From Phallusia mammillata (Eukaryota), in NCBI GenBank assembly GCA_965637545.1, contig OZ281498.1, forward strand, positions 11,036,001 through 11,100,000: 64,000 bases of DNA. Direction: 5' to 3'. The position numbers and the translations under genes were made by a program. The notes under the pieces were generated by a model, which was given only the letters and a program-made list of their open reading frames with translations, made no database searches and was not told the origin of the DNA. Shown one piece after another: positions 39,201-53,547 of the stretch (position 1 is the first letter of the stretch; every line of letters begins with the position of its first letter).

Positions 39201-42200
39201 ACTTAGCTTTGTTTAGTGAAACGCATCGTTTTGTGAACATTTGCAAACTAGCTTCTTTGAATCAAAATGAACGAATGTTAACATAGAATTGGCGTAGTTA
39301 AGGGTTTATGGCCTAATCGTTCTTTACATAATCAGTAGAGTCTTCAAAAACTTGTGGATTGGTGGATTTAAAACCAAAAGTTGTGGATTGTACAAATTGC
39401 GTTAGAGAGGTTATGCCAGGTTAAAATTCCTACGATAAATCATCACTTTCATGTTTAGAACTCTTCGAGGGAAAACATTCACCCTTGGGCAATTGTATAT
39501 TTTTGTGCCGATCAATTTTCCGCTGTGGTTTATTGATTCAAATTTCAAGTAAAGCGTCATTATTTTGCGCAAGGTATTCGCCTCAATTCGCCTTTAAAAC
39601 TGAAGTTTTTTGGTTTCTTGTATGCTAATGCAATCTTAATGGGGAAATATTAGCTACTTTTTTTCAGAATTTTAGCGTTATTGTTGTTCTGTTCTTTTCA
39701 AATAATGTGTGTGGTAAGATTAGAACGAACTAATAGTCTCAATACTTTGTTGTTTGAAATAGCTCTTTGAAATATAGCAAAAGTGATTGTAGGGATTAGT
39801 CTGCAGAAATTTGATCACGTTAAAAATTCTTGCCTGACACCAAAGTAGAAATGTCACCAATTTAGAAGTAACTCGATTCAAGATCAAAGCTTTGGCCTGG
39901 CAGCAATTTGAACTCTGTTTAACCTTGACATTCTTTGTGACGCCATAATAAGATCAGTTAAATTGAATTGTTGTTGCCTTTCCATTAAGTAAAGCGGATT
40001 TGCCAGCTGCTGCTAGTTGACATAAACTTAGTTACTGTTTTATGACTTTGTATGTTAAATTAAACATAAAGGATATGTTTTTTTTAAAGTGAGGACCTTT
40101 TAGTATTTCGATTTTGACTTGGTTTTGGGCGTTACATTATCAAAGTTGGGGTTAGATGTGCTTCAGTCTGTTTAGTTTTATAAATATAGAAGAGCAAAGC
40201 TTCATTGTTTAAGTTTTATTTTAGCTGCAGTGAGGTTTGTTACCAGTTCTTTCTCGTCGGTTAGAAGTTTTTCTGCAACATGTCCATTAGCCTATGAGCA
40301 AACCCATAATAGCTAATGCAGTTCGCCAAATAAAAACATGTTTTAGACTAAATACAAATCAGCTAAAAGCGATGTTGTGACGAAATTATTAGGGTTATAT
40401 TTGTTCACTAACATTACAACTCAAATCGTGATGCTAATAATTGGACAACAAAACCTATGAGTATGACTGTTGTCCAACAAAGTATCATGTAATCCAGAAT
40501 TCAGCTTAATATGGGCGTAAGTTTATCTTGTTAAGTTCTAAAATGACCAACACATAATGGCGTTGACTCATCAAAAAGATGGTGTAGAATATTTTCTGAC
40601 TAACGCTATTTTTATAGACTTTATTGGCGCAAGAGGACCCTTATTAACCCTTATAGTGAACAGCTGACCATGTTTCTCCTGATTGCGACCTTATATCTTT
40701 ACCGGTAAAAGTTTTGTGACTCAATCAACGATTACATCATGAATGGGACTGTATACATAAGAATAATAGACTATCACGCTAAGAACAGAGCTGAAGTTAC
40801 GATACAGTTAATATACCAAAGGGGAATTTCTGGAGGCTATAAGTGTCAGAAAACTATGTCAAGATATGCCTATCAAAACAACATGTTTCAAAATGGATCA
40901 AAGAACATCGCCAATAATACTTGGTTATTGAATTGGCTTTGTAAACCTTTAAGCAGTAAAACCAGTGGACGTTACAACGCTCAATAAAAAATCACTCAGT
41001 TCTAATTGTAAGTAACACATATTTTGCTTGTCAGCTCCCTAATCAAGTAGAAAAAATATTTATAAATTTAGGAATAAAACGTTGTTTTTCTACTCATTTT
41101 GATTGTTGATGCGTTTAAAAATATCATCGGGTAATGAGAACCGTCGCATTGATTAGCCCGAAAACTCCAACGTTACGGATAAAACCCACGATTACGCATC
41201 AATGACGTCATCCGTAGACAAGATGAGGTGAAAGAAGCGAAATTGAAAACTTCCTGTCTTGCTGTGAAGCAAATGACATAGCGTCGCGGTGTATGGCGCT
41301 GTGAATTTATTTGCATTTAAATGGTTGTAAACTCACTTTGAAGTGGGTAGTCAGTTTGTCGTTGTTTCAGTAGTCATAAATTGTAGAATTGTGTTGGAGG
41401 GTTTTGACCTTTCTTGTGTGAAAAAATATCATTTTTGGATGTTGACATATATATTTTGCGAGTAAAAAGATTATATGTTCAAATATGAACTAGTTATCCA
41501 TTCAATAAGCATATAGTTTGTTTTCTGCGGAAATATCCTATTCTTACTCAAAAAGGCTTTATTAGGCAATTTATTGTTGTTTCAAACTCATATCGATGCC
41601 ACCTGCCTTCTCTCGTTTGTCTGACGTGAAGAGAAAGGCACTGAATCACGTGACACGTTGGCGGTAAGCTCATTTAACCGTGACGACGTAATCTCACTAC
41701 AAGACACGAGACGAGAGATTAGTTGTATAGTTGATGCAGTTGGTTCACATCACAATTACTGTCTATGTCTGAACAATATGCGATTGTTTTTGGCTATTAT
41801 GGCTATTGTGATGTCAGAAAGATGACAAGAGTTGTAGAAGGCGTGGTTTGTTTTGTTTTGTTTGTGTGTTGAACAGAAGTGTCTTCCAGGATAAACGTGG
41901 ATAATCATTAACCAGCAAAAAGGCTGTAAATTGCAAGACTTAGTGTGACAGCACGTGACTAGGTTTTACACAGATGTTTTGAACTGTAGTCATCTTGTAA
42001 TAATTATAAAGTTCTAAAAAATCTCGCCATTATCAATGAAGTAATCGCATTGCTAAAGTACGAAGGTAAATTGTTTTCAAGTTAAACATGGTACAAAACG
42101 AATGTGCCTCTTTTAATATAAACCAGGACAAAGAATTGAAAGTAGTATTAAAAAGATCCGAATATTGGACCTTTTATAGATAAACCGAAGACCTTAACTC

Positions 42201-45200
42201 CAGAATTAAGCCGAACAAATCTAGTTTGGTTGTACATTCAGCGCACGAAGAAGTTACAACCGCATTACAAATTCAAAATCACCTGTTAAGCTGACTCGAT
42301 ATTTGTGAATTCTTGTGAGAAAGGCTTCTTTTCAGCGTGGCCGGCGGTGTCAAGTGTTGGCAGTGGGCCATATGCTTTCCTGCCATCCCAGCACAAGTTA
42401 TGGGTGGTAACTAGGCCAGATGGAAGAACTTGTAAGCTTGTACCGCTGAGAATAGTGTCCAAGATATTGTGTTACAATTGCAGGAAGTTGCCATGGTGTG
42501 CTGACATACTTTGTTGTCTGCGGGAATCGCGTTTTAATAACTGATAGTAGCTTGTGAAGTTTGTGCAGTCAGATAAACTCGTTTTCAACTTAATTTGTTG
42601 TTTTAATTTGTCGTTAAAGTCGGTTTAAACTTGATTGGTTTCTAATAATGTGGCCATACAAACTATAAACTTGGTTTTGTGCTTGTATGTCTAAATTTGC
42701 CTCAAATTGTAACACAGGCAAAACAACTTGCTATCTTGTAAATTCAATGCTGATTTTTTGACTGTAGTTAAGCTATTATAAAGGGCGGCTTGTTAAAACA
42801 TGTCTAGTGAGTTTATATTTAAATGCGAGGGAGAAATTCTTTAGCGGTTCAAAGCAAATAGTTTTAAACTTACTAATGCGCGGATTTTGGCAGGGAAACT
42901 TCACGCGGCAGGGTCAGGTCTAAATCGGGGTTATTTGTGTCAGAAAATAATCGTTCAAATTTGCATCTTGATTGTCGCAGACAGAAAAGTCGTTCCGAGT
43001 GCCAGAACAGTGTTTCAACCTAAATCATTCTTTTACGCATGACGGTTTAAGTAAAATCCAATTAAAACCGGCACGTTCCTGCAGTCGGGCATCCACGGGC
43101 CTAGTAACCCGCTCAATGCAGCAGTTGATGTATAAGTTTGATGTGATCGATAATGCATGTTTCCTGTGTCATGAGTCGCCTTTTCACAGGCCCTGCTCCC
43201 CCGAGGGATTTTCACGTCTCCAATAGCCGTACAAGTAATATCGATTATTGTCGTGATCTGTGCTGCCCCTGGTTCGGTATTTTTAGAAGGAACCACTGAC
43301 AGTTTATGACCTTACGACCGACTGGTAATAATTGCATTCTACTCTCATTATCAAACGCGTATGTTAATGCAAATAAAAGGTGATTACGTGTTTAGGCTGT
43401 GGGTTTACGAACGATCAATCGTATTTCGATTAGCAGATTAGAATATAGTTTATGAATGGTCAATTATAAACAGCTTAACTCCTGTTCATAACCCAGTCGA
43501 CTAAATGCTGAATTCGCGACAAAGTTACATACTAAACCTACAAAACTCTTTCCAACAGTTTATTACTTTTTTACATGCTAGGATGTAACCAATATGAATA
43601 TTTTAAACCTTCTCACCAATTAGTTTTCGCTTGATTTTTATACAGCGACAGGTTATGTACGTTTCAACACACCTGACTAATCAATACGTTTAAAAGGGGA
43701 CAGAAAATGTAAAGCAGGTCTACGAAATAGTAAAAGGTTGTTTCTGGGGGGATTATGTCTGTGATGTTTCCTATAATTGCGACAAAAATATGAGAAGGTT
43801 TTCTTTTTTTTTGCGACAGGTTCCCTAATGAACATAACGCGTAAAAATCGTCTAGACATATGCATATGCATTCAACTTTTTTGTTTTTTACAAAAATTCA
43901 GGCACCAATAATTTCGTTGAACCCTCAGAAAATTTCGAAGTAAACCTATTTGAAATCTGGCAAAAGCAAATCCGATACTGTCGTTTTATGGTATTCGATA
44001 AAATGTCATATTGCATTTTGATTTGGATTCTATAATTGCGAAACTCTGTATAACAAACATACAATCAACAAGTTTCATGCCCATTTAATACAGTAACATT
44101 TCGCCATCTGTGTGACCGGGAGTTACCCAGGTTCTATTGCTGTGCGACTGGTGACAATGAATTTCGATTGCATCCTTTGTCTCGAGATTGTGACGTCACA
44201 GTGCTTGTTGCAACTGTTAAGTGTAAATGGATTTTTTGCACCAAAAGTCGAAACGCTGCCAGTAATTGTTTGTTTAGAAATATTCGCTGCTATGACGCAA
44301 CAAACGATTTATTATAAATGCCACGTACATAGGTTTTACCACAGAAACTAAATTTGCAGTTGGTTTGTTTGTCAAGAAAGAGAAACACTTGTCTTTATTA
44401 TGTCACACGCGACAAACCGGTACGCACACAGGTCGTGTCAATATTTGTCCGGAAAGTAGGATTAGCTTTGCTCGTATTGGATCTCAAAGCAGGTGTTAAG
44501 GGTTGTAAACTGTTTATCACTATGTGTTTAGTGTGTTGTATAAATGTCTTCCTAGTTACAGCAGTCATAAAACACAAGCGTTTGGAAACTTTACAATGAT
44601 TCATGATTGAGGTGTGGCTAAACGTTTTTCATGGGCGCTGACATTTCATCAACAGCAAGAAAAACAAGCAAATTATTGAGTATATCGCTCTAGCAGATGT
44701 TAAGCTTTCAGTTACAAGTTGACTCTTTAAATTGCTATATAAGTTGTATGAATTGTAGACAGTATTTTCTCAAAGGCCTTAACAAAACTATTGTTGTCAC
44801 TAGTAAGGCAATTAATCACAAAATAACGCAAGATTGTTTAATGTGTGAGTTTTATGTTACTTTAAAGGCAATTTTGTTAGCAAAATGCTATTTAGTCAGT
44901 CTGTTTCATGGCAAAGTTTTTTGTTTAATGTTGCCAGTTTACCGATAATTTTGCCCTGTACTAAACGTTTATGAATCAAAATTTAAATGCAAAAACAAGA
45001 CTTCCTTTAAATGTAATAGAAACCAGCATCTACATACGAACCAGACCGAACTAACGTACAAAGGAGGCACTTATTTCACGACTTATCCCCACTAACCTGC
45101 CGCGCGGGTTTTGCGCACTTTCTGAATCACAGTTATGACGTCATAGTCGCGTGGACTTCGTCAATCGTGCAGCGATTGTGAGGTCACAGATACACTTGTG

Positions 45201-45354
45201 TGTGAGCGCGGTACGCGGTTTCTTTACGAACCAGCCCATCATCCTTTTGTTTGTTTTCGCAGGATTGTAATTTGTTGTTATAAGTGATTTCGAGTTTCAG
45301 GTAGTGCGTTTAAAACTGCAAAACGTGAGCGAGTTTAAAAAATATTGTGATAAA

Positions 45355-45425
45355 ATGCCCGAAAGGAAATGGTTGGATACGATGCGCCCTCCAGCGTTAA
45401 GAATTAAAAAATCGCGGGCCGACAG
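45355..45425 (+). CDS. Alternative first coding exon C, MPERKWLDTMRPPALRIKKSRAD
   Basis: ATG in aaaATG context; strong donor AG|gtaagg, phase 2, 160 bp upstream of exon 45586; upstream acceptor ttttcgcAG at 45262 and TGACGTCA at 45136. Confidence 0.7.
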
Positions 45426-45585
45426 GTAAGGTTTAAATTGACCTATCAAAGTTCTGCATTTCAACACGTGGCCTTATTGCATTACCAAGGGTTTCGTTTT
45501 CAATGTTTTCCTGTAGAATATTATATTTGTGTTTCAACCTGTTGCAAATTATAGATTTTAATTTTTGTGTTTTTCTGTATTTTAG

Positions 45586-45618
45586 GTGTGATGCTCCACT
45601 AACACTGAAAACGGCTCG
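45586..45618 (+). CDS. LIM domain microexon (33 nt), CDAPLTLKTA
   Basis: Long T-rich acceptor ending tttAG, donor CG|gtaagt, phase 2-2; supplies the sixth LIM ligand with the correct C-x2-C spacing. Confidence 0.85.
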
Positions 45619-48574
45619 GTAAGTTTTTATTTTATTTATTTGTTGTTAAAATTACCTAACAAGTTTTCCCAAATGCAAAACCCGTTGAATTCCCTCATGT
45701 AATTAACCAATTAGGCTGGGTTTAGACATTAACCATAACTTAATCAGTACCACAAATAACACAATTAGACTAGGCAATTTGCATACAAGTCAACGCAACG
45801 TGTTCAGTAACACCTGAATGCTGAGCTCTTCCTTTGACCTTCAAATGAACTTCTGCTACTGTGCTGAAAAGTGACGATGATTGTCTTCTAGTTGTTTTGT
45901 TGCGGGCTTATCAGCAATTGCACCTTTCTCCTTTCTGCCCTCAACAAGTGGGTGCTTTCTCACGCCACAATGTGCATTGTTACATCACAGTGCAAGTGCA
46001 GGCGACTGCCAGCTGGTGTGTTGTTGGCAGTGGACAGAAAAATATGAAGAGGAACTTTGTTTGATATTTCATAATTGGATACCAGAGCAGTAGAAACCAT
46101 AAAAAATTTAACCGAAAGGTTTGATTAGACTCAGGTGTCAAAAACCAGAGATTTTTTTAAAAAAATATGTTCTAATCATTCTGCAAATTTGGGACTTACA
46201 GTGAAGCAAGAAAAAACAAGTGCGTGTAAATGTTGTTGATAAGTGCTGGCAGGGTTGAAGATGCATCCGCATTTACCCAACAAGCGCTGATTTCGAAATG
46301 TAAAATGAATACTACATTTTGTTCGTGTGGTCTGGTATGCTCCTAACTGTTCCAAAATACCATCGAACCGATAACGGGCAAAGTGTAATTTAAAACGACC
46401 CGTTTTTGTTTGCGTCTCATCGATTCAATGCAGAATAAGTGCACTTGACGCACGAACGAGCACGCATCGAGACGTGAAAGGTCATTTTAGTTCATTTAGA
46501 AACAGACAGGCGCCTTGATAAGTGACATACGGCATCTTCGTGAATTACAGCAGCCCTCCTTCTTCTACCAACATTGTGCCCCTTCTGCTTTGAGAGTAAA
46601 AACGCCTAAACAATTATCAGTGCACCTCAGAGCCATGAGAGTGAGATTTCCAATGCTTTGTTGTTTTTGCGTAGGACCTAAAGGTAACTTTGGGCACATT
46701 AAGTTAACTATCAAGCTGCCCATCGCAGAGTCCGTCAGATTTCTAGATTTTCACTGTGGATTTGAACTGTAGATTAAAGTCTACGTGTTACATGAAGTAC
46801 GTTCAATGCGGTTGTAATTTTCTCGATGAAAAATAGCCCAAATTGAATATTGGTATTTCGAGAGGCTCGTTTAGTTGAAATGACCCTTCGACGCTCTGCA
46901 AAGATTATAAGCTTGCGAAATTGCGTTGCATACAATTGTGACATTGCGTAGGCACTTTCGTGCAAACGAATTGCATCAGCAGTCAGTCGTATGCGCTGTG
47001 CTAAGCCATTGCAATGTTGCAATTCTTCATAGTAGACCCATAAACAGACTACAAAGTTTGGGACTCGATTAATTTCCAGGTATCTGTCAGTGTTATACAT
47101 GTTTAAAGCAGAACTAAAGTGCTGTATTAAAAGCAAGCTTCATAGTCAGTAAAATTTTGGACAACGTTGCATCGGAAACTACAGGCGAAGACATATTAAT
47201 TTTTGATCATCCTGAAGCGCTGAAAAATTCTTTATGAAAGCATTTTGGAAAGAGTCATGAAGTTAGCAACGTACAAGTTAAAAAACACCACACACTGGCA
47301 ATTGTTACATCTTGAAACGACAAGGTTTAGTATACGAGCATACTCGGTCTACTGCAAAACCTCTTCAATGCGACAGGCGCGTTATAACAAGCAATTGACG
47401 TGTTATGTTCGGGTCGCATAGATTTACGTGTGATGTCTCTTTCGTCGACCACTTGTTGATAAAGTTCTGGCGTCACACGAGTGAATAGGCACGTTCTGTT
47501 GGATGTGTACACAGCGGTCCCTCTGCTCCATGCGTTGAATTGCTCTCGCGAGCCACTTCCCCGTAACTCCCAACAGTTGCTCACTATCTCATGGGAGATT
47601 CTGATAAGTGCGTTGTATAGTTCAGCTAAAGAGCACACTCCCAATTTCAAATACAAGGAATTTTGATCACAGTTAGTTAAAGCAAAGCAGTTTTTCAAAG
47701 GAATTATGTGCAGTCAGATGAAATGATTGCTTGACCGGTTGAAGCTAGTTCGGAACCTGTTTCAAACATCTTGTAAAGACTTCACGGTCAGGAATTATCA
47801 GACAGTGTAGAGATCGTTGTTATGTTGATTTATATTGAAAACTTTTTCAGAAGTTGTACTGCATTTACGAAATCGAAACCAGATCAAAGTAATAATAATA
47901 AAAATTGTGAATAATTGAATTCGTGTGCTGGTTAAATCTTTTGAACTTACGGTTTAAAACTTGCTTAGAAACATGATCAAGCGCTCTTGTTGCCAAATCA
48001 GATCTCAGTTAGCAACGGCAACTCGCCCTGTAGCTATGAACTTTACAGCTTTGGCGGTAAGCATATACAGTTACAGGTTAAAACGTTGATCCAATTTCGT
48101 TTGTAAAGTTAAGTGACAATGACATATGGCAAACGCTACGCTTGTCATATGCCAGAGATGTATCTTGTTTGCGTATAATACGGACTCACATACGCCAAGC
48201 TTAAGGAAACTAGTTACTTGTGATGGAACCGTGGTTTATAATTTACATACTCCTTAGTTTATCGCGGAGGTTTTTTGGGGAGTGTAAGGAAATGCGCTAA
48301 AAATTAGATTACAGTTGAACTTAATATTCAGATGACGGAAAATTGCTGTAAGACCTGAGAATAGACTGGATAACTTGGAGTAACAAAGTCTATTTTATTC
48401 GTTTTCCGAAAGTTTAAAATATTACAAGAAAGGTGGGCAAAATGACATAAGACGTGTATGGATTAGCGACCATCTAAATGATGTTTTCTTATTCTTGTAC
48501 AACTTACTGAAACCAAAATATTGACTTTTGATTTTGATTTTTGTCGAACTCTGAATTTAGACGCAAAGTGAGCT

Positions 48575-48587
48575 GTTGCTAAGTAAC
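48575..48587. promoter_or_regulatory. RFX X-box-like element
   Basis: GTTGCTAAGTAAC, ending 47 bp before the ATG of exon D. Confidence 0.4.
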
Positions 48588-48633
48588 AGAAGCGTTAAAC
48601 TTGTAAACTTCAATTCTCGAACGAAAGAAACCC

Positions 48634-48989
48634 ATGAAAACTTTCCGAAGATTGTCGGTGCGTCATAGTGCTGATGACGTCATCGATCAAAGAAAACAGG
48701 ATGCGCCGGTTCCAGGCCGTTTGTCCCTGAAGGCCGAACTGCGAGCGTCTTTCTCGTCTCTGCCGAGCGCCAAAGGTCTGCAGCGTCGCCGGGCAGCTAC
48801 GGAAATATTGCGACCTCCGAAATCAAGCCCAGATTCGAACCGTCGCTGGTCGCCCATTAGTGGATTACTAGCGACATCGAGTGGCAATAGTTTTTGGACA
48901 CCTTCACCCCCTAGGCGGCGACTTGGCATGAAAAAGCGAAGACACCCGAGTGATGCAGCTACGAGTACAAAATGCGACTCAGATTCAAG
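48634..48989 (+). CDS. Alternative first coding exon D (118 aa, basic and Ser-rich)
   Basis: ATG-initiated GC-rich ORF MKTFRRLSVRHS...; donor AG|gtatta at 48990, phase 2, in frame with exons 58031 and 58850. Confidence 0.7.
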
Positions 48990-51900
48990 GTATTAAGTAG
49001 GAAGTGTGTTTATGTTTATTTACTGTCCAAATGTCCATGCTAGCAGTCATTAGAGCATACCTTTTGTACTTTATTGAATGTGAAAAAAAACCTAGCTAAA
49101 AATGGCGCACAAAGTTACCTTTAGCTCCTTTGCTTTCATAGCTTAAAGAAACATTGAAAGCACTTGTGTTAAACAAACGTGCAAATATATGAAAACTTTT
49201 CTGCAAAAAGGTAGAAGAGTAATTCGACAACAAGCAGCAGTACATTCAACTTGGTTTAAGCAATGTACACCGCACATATATTTAAGTTCATATCCTTCAA
49301 GAAAACAAACAACAAAAATAAACGTGAGCTTAGAGGCCCAGCTGGGCATTACAGCGTTATTCGTTTGCAATGGTAAAACCTACCCTAAAACAAACATGGC
49401 TGGTTGAAATCGGCGACATCAAACAACCCAATAGCAAATGTGTGTGCTAACTTGTTTCATGCCCGGATGGTTTGTTGCGTTAGTAGCGCATCAAGTGGCA
49501 AAGATGTAAAACACCGTGGCCGTACATTTACAAACAGTCCCTGCCTAATGAATCTGCACTTCTTGTTCAGGTGTATTATGTGGTCTTTAAACGGATCCCT
49601 TCAGTTTAAAGCAGCGGTTTTGAATCAGGGTTTTGCAATTATAACCTAATTACTAGCAATTGCTATATTGTATTCTGCACAAAGTTTCAAGGCAGATGTA
49701 AATGCAACCAAATGCAGATAAAGCAAGAAGTTTTGAACTAGAAAGAGAAATGTCCTCGTGAAATACAGTCTTGTTTTTCTTCAAATTTCTAGGCTTGTTA
49801 GTCACAGTGGTGGTACAAAAAAAAACTAAGTAGAGAAATTCAGATCACAGAGTCAAACAGTTTTACCACAAAGTCAAACAGTTTTCAACAGTTCCACTGC
49901 CGCATTATTTCCTGATGGCGTTGGCTCGTGTTGCGGAAGTACTTGAAAGCTATGAGCACTTGTGACCGATTTTATTTTTCTGTTGATTTCGTAATCTGCA
50001 GGCAACAGACTTTTGTTCTTCGAATAATTTAGTTCCTCAGTCCGGACGGGAAATAAAAAGGAAGCACCTGCATTCAGCTTTGATGTGAAAGCGCCCTTTA
50101 TGCAGTTCAACTGTTTTTGTAGCGAAAGTTGAAATTTTTGAAGCGCTAGGCCACGGGGTGAATGTGTGGCGTTTTGTTACATGAGATTTGGTCTGTATTC
50201 GGATTGGTAATTGGCAATTTAGGATCTCATCAAACGTCGTTGAAGCCTTCTATCCCAGTAGAAAGTTTCTGCATCTTACGAAACGTCCTCGAAACGATGT
50301 CAGTTCTTGTCAAAAGATGTCATTCACAACGGGAGTATCTGGGTTTTCTATGCTGGATGGATCGTGGAAACCTAAGGAATGAATAAACATTCCAAGTCGG
50401 ATAAAAAACATCGCAGAAAACGGCTTTCAAAACAATGTCGAGGATTAACGTAGGCCACTGTCACGAGCATTAGTGAAGCTATTTTTCGTCTAGTTTTTAA
50501 CCTTCCTTGATATTCATCCATTTCTCGGTAAAGCAAGGTTTACTGATCGCACGTATTTTTCGGTGTTGTTGCTGCAAACAACAACAACAGGCAGTTGAGG
50601 CTATGACTTGATTGATGTGAATAGCAACTTCCCGCTAGGATGACAGGGTGCGTATCATATTAATGCAGCAAACTGCACGTTTTGCCTCATCCTTAACTTT
50701 GTGTTAGAAGAGGCGAATAAAGAAAGTCTATTGTCTCAAAGGAGCTAATGTTCTCAACTTGTGTTTTAACAACGGCATCGTGTTCTTATCCGTTGCCAAA
50801 AACAAAGCTTTTTAATGTCAAAATTAAATGGGAGGCCTCTAGGACATTGTTTTTAACGTAAGACAAGGTTGAATTGGTTTTAGAACTGTAACTCGTTCTA
50901 TAAGAGGTTAAGTTAAACTCTTCTCTTCCAGTTTGTAGGCGTTTCCCAAGGATGACGTACCGAGGTGTTCGTAGGACAATGCTTGCGTCTGTAATTAGCT
51001 TATGTTTTTTGGATGTCTTGATGTGAAATGACGTGAATAGCTAGAGTTGAGCTTTATCTCATTGAGTTCTACAGCTTTGGTGTAATAGAAATAAGGCGAA
51101 ATGTTTTAAGTTTAGTTGATAAGTGTTGAAAATCGAAGTAATCTTTTGACAATAATGAAGGCTGAAAGCTGCTGAAAAAGCATCAGCTGTTTACACGTTT
51201 CTCTTTCAAAATAGTGCAGTACGGGCAATTGAGCGTTTATTTATTTATTTTTAATGCAAAGCGACTTGTATCTGCTGCTCCTACCTGAAGGAAATTTCAG
51301 TTTAAAAATCAATTGATCGATAAAACACGAGTTAAAGAGAGTACCCATTGCATGTTCCCTTGCGTCGCCTAGTGATGTGAGTTCATCTGCTTAACATCGA
51401 TCTGCAACCGTTAAACCGATTTTTTGCAATTTCAAGTAATTGGCTTTTAAGCGGGATTTAATGGTGCTGGAATTAGGGAAACAATTTTAAAAATCTCTGT
51501 CATATAGCTACGCTTCGGACGTGGCCAGCAGTACACATATCTACTCTCCAAAATCTCATCTCGATTTTAAGCAGCCTAGCCCCACTTGTATGACGTCATG
51601 TGCTAATCGATGCGCTCCAATGCTCTTTGGTCAGGTGAACTCCATCGATCTGCTCGTGATGCCATGTTCTGGTCGCTGATTGCGACGTCTTTTCAAAAAT
51701 TGTATTTTCCCAGGGCGTTGCAACAATCATTGCATGATTAACATAAAGTGTGTTATAGTGGCTATGGACCAATCAATATTGGCCGGCACCAAACACCAAC
51801 TGAAAAGCAGATAGCATTCTGCGTGCTCGTGGGATTATTGAGTCAGTTTGTGCGTTTGCTTCATTGTGTGTTTCAAGTTATGCGAGTATGGTTAAGTGTT

Positions 51901-52566
51901 TTCAAGTTCGGGATTGGTAGCAGTTGGACAAAGGGCAATCAGTAAACTTTGTCACTAATTGGTGGCTCATTTTTATTTACGTATTATTCAGACAGAACAG
52001 TAATATTTAATATTTTTTTTCTAAATTTTAAGTTTTACATTACAAAAAAGTTTCAAAACTTGTTAAGAGACAATGTACTAGCAAAAGGCAAGTAAAATGA
52101 ACGATTTGTTTAGTTTTCTGTCGTAGGGCCGTGAATAATGGTTTAGCACCGCAATGAGTTAAGGCGTTTAGCATTTAATCCAGCTTTTTTAAAGATTTAT
52201 ACAGAAATTACTCCCATCTATGTAAAAACACATTGGACAATAAGCAGCCATTTGCGTATGCGCACGCAGCACAATAAATCGAACACCCTCTGCGTGCATT
52301 TCGAAACTGTTGACCATATAACGCGTTTGCATGTTTACAAAATCAATTCTAAGTCCGATCTTGGCATTAATGAGTCAGTGAATAGATTCAACGACACCTC
52401 ATGATTCACCCATGTCGCAAATTTAAAGCAGAATAATATGTCAATGACGCATGAGTTGTTCTTTATTCGTTGCTGGTGCGCTTTAAAGGCAGTTTGCAGG
52501 TTTAATATTGTTGTTGTTTGTTCGGCTATGGGAGTTAATCCTTTTGAAAATAAACTTTATTGCGAT

Positions 52567-52710
52567 GGTATTCCCCAGGGTTCCATCCTAACCCCATTTA
52601 ATGCCTTGCTTGTGCGTAAGCAGAAAACTTTATAGAAGCTGTTGTTATTTTAACAGCTGCATTATCAGTGTGGAGTTTTAGGAAACGGCGCGCCAGTTTT
52701 ATTATATGCA
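52567..52710 (+). mobile_element. Possible decayed non-LTR retrotransposon RT fragment
   Basis: One frame reads GIPQGSILTP...(two stops)...GVLGNGAPVLLYA, resembling LINE RT motifs G(V/I)PQGSxLxP and LLYADD at plausible spacing; the catalytic DD is absent. Confidence 0.35.
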
Positions 52711-53547
52711 CTGAACCGTATTTAACCGTGAGGTTTTGCAGAATGTTTTTGTACGCTTTTTAGTCTGGATTTAATTGAATTTTTACAACTTAGCTACACA
52801 TAATTGAAAATACAACATTTATCAAAAATCGTCCCCTTTTTAGTGCGCATTTTGGCAAGTCCGTTTTCGTAAATAGCTTTTAACATGGTCACGTGCAAAT
52901 ATTGAAAGTATTAAAATATGCATGACATGTGTGGCACTGAGTAGTTCAAGTAACAGATAGAATACATCACCAGCAGATGGTGTTTGACGATTGCTGAAAG
53001 CACTTGAGAGAACGTGTAGCGCTGAACAACGCTGGTGGATGTGTGTATTGATTTTACCGCGTAAATTATGCCAAGTTACCTCGATTTTAGACAATCAGTT
53101 CCCTACCTACCTAACCGATGTCCGTTATTCACCTGATGTCACCACACAGCAGAACGTCCCGTTTTTTCTCGGTCTATTCATCACACTCGTTTAGCGAAAA
53201 AGGCCAGCCACAGCTCTGTTGATGTTACACCATTTAGTTGGTGTCGTTTAAGTTGAAGCAGTGCAACAACTATTGGCTGTGATGCAATTTAGTGCTGGCT
53301 GTTCAGGAGTTGGCTATTTTACACTGGTTGTTCGCTCAAGAAGGAATTTGGAAACACTTGCATTACGGAAACATTTTATTTTAACCACATCTTATGTGAA
53401 ATTTTATGACGAAATATTGCAACTATTGTATCACAAACCCTCTCTTTCTTTGTTTACAAGTTTTTATCCTCAGTGAACTTGAGCAGTTAGGTTTCAGAAA
53501 ACAAATTTTGCAATCAATTCGAACCACAACAAAAGCTTGCAGGCATT

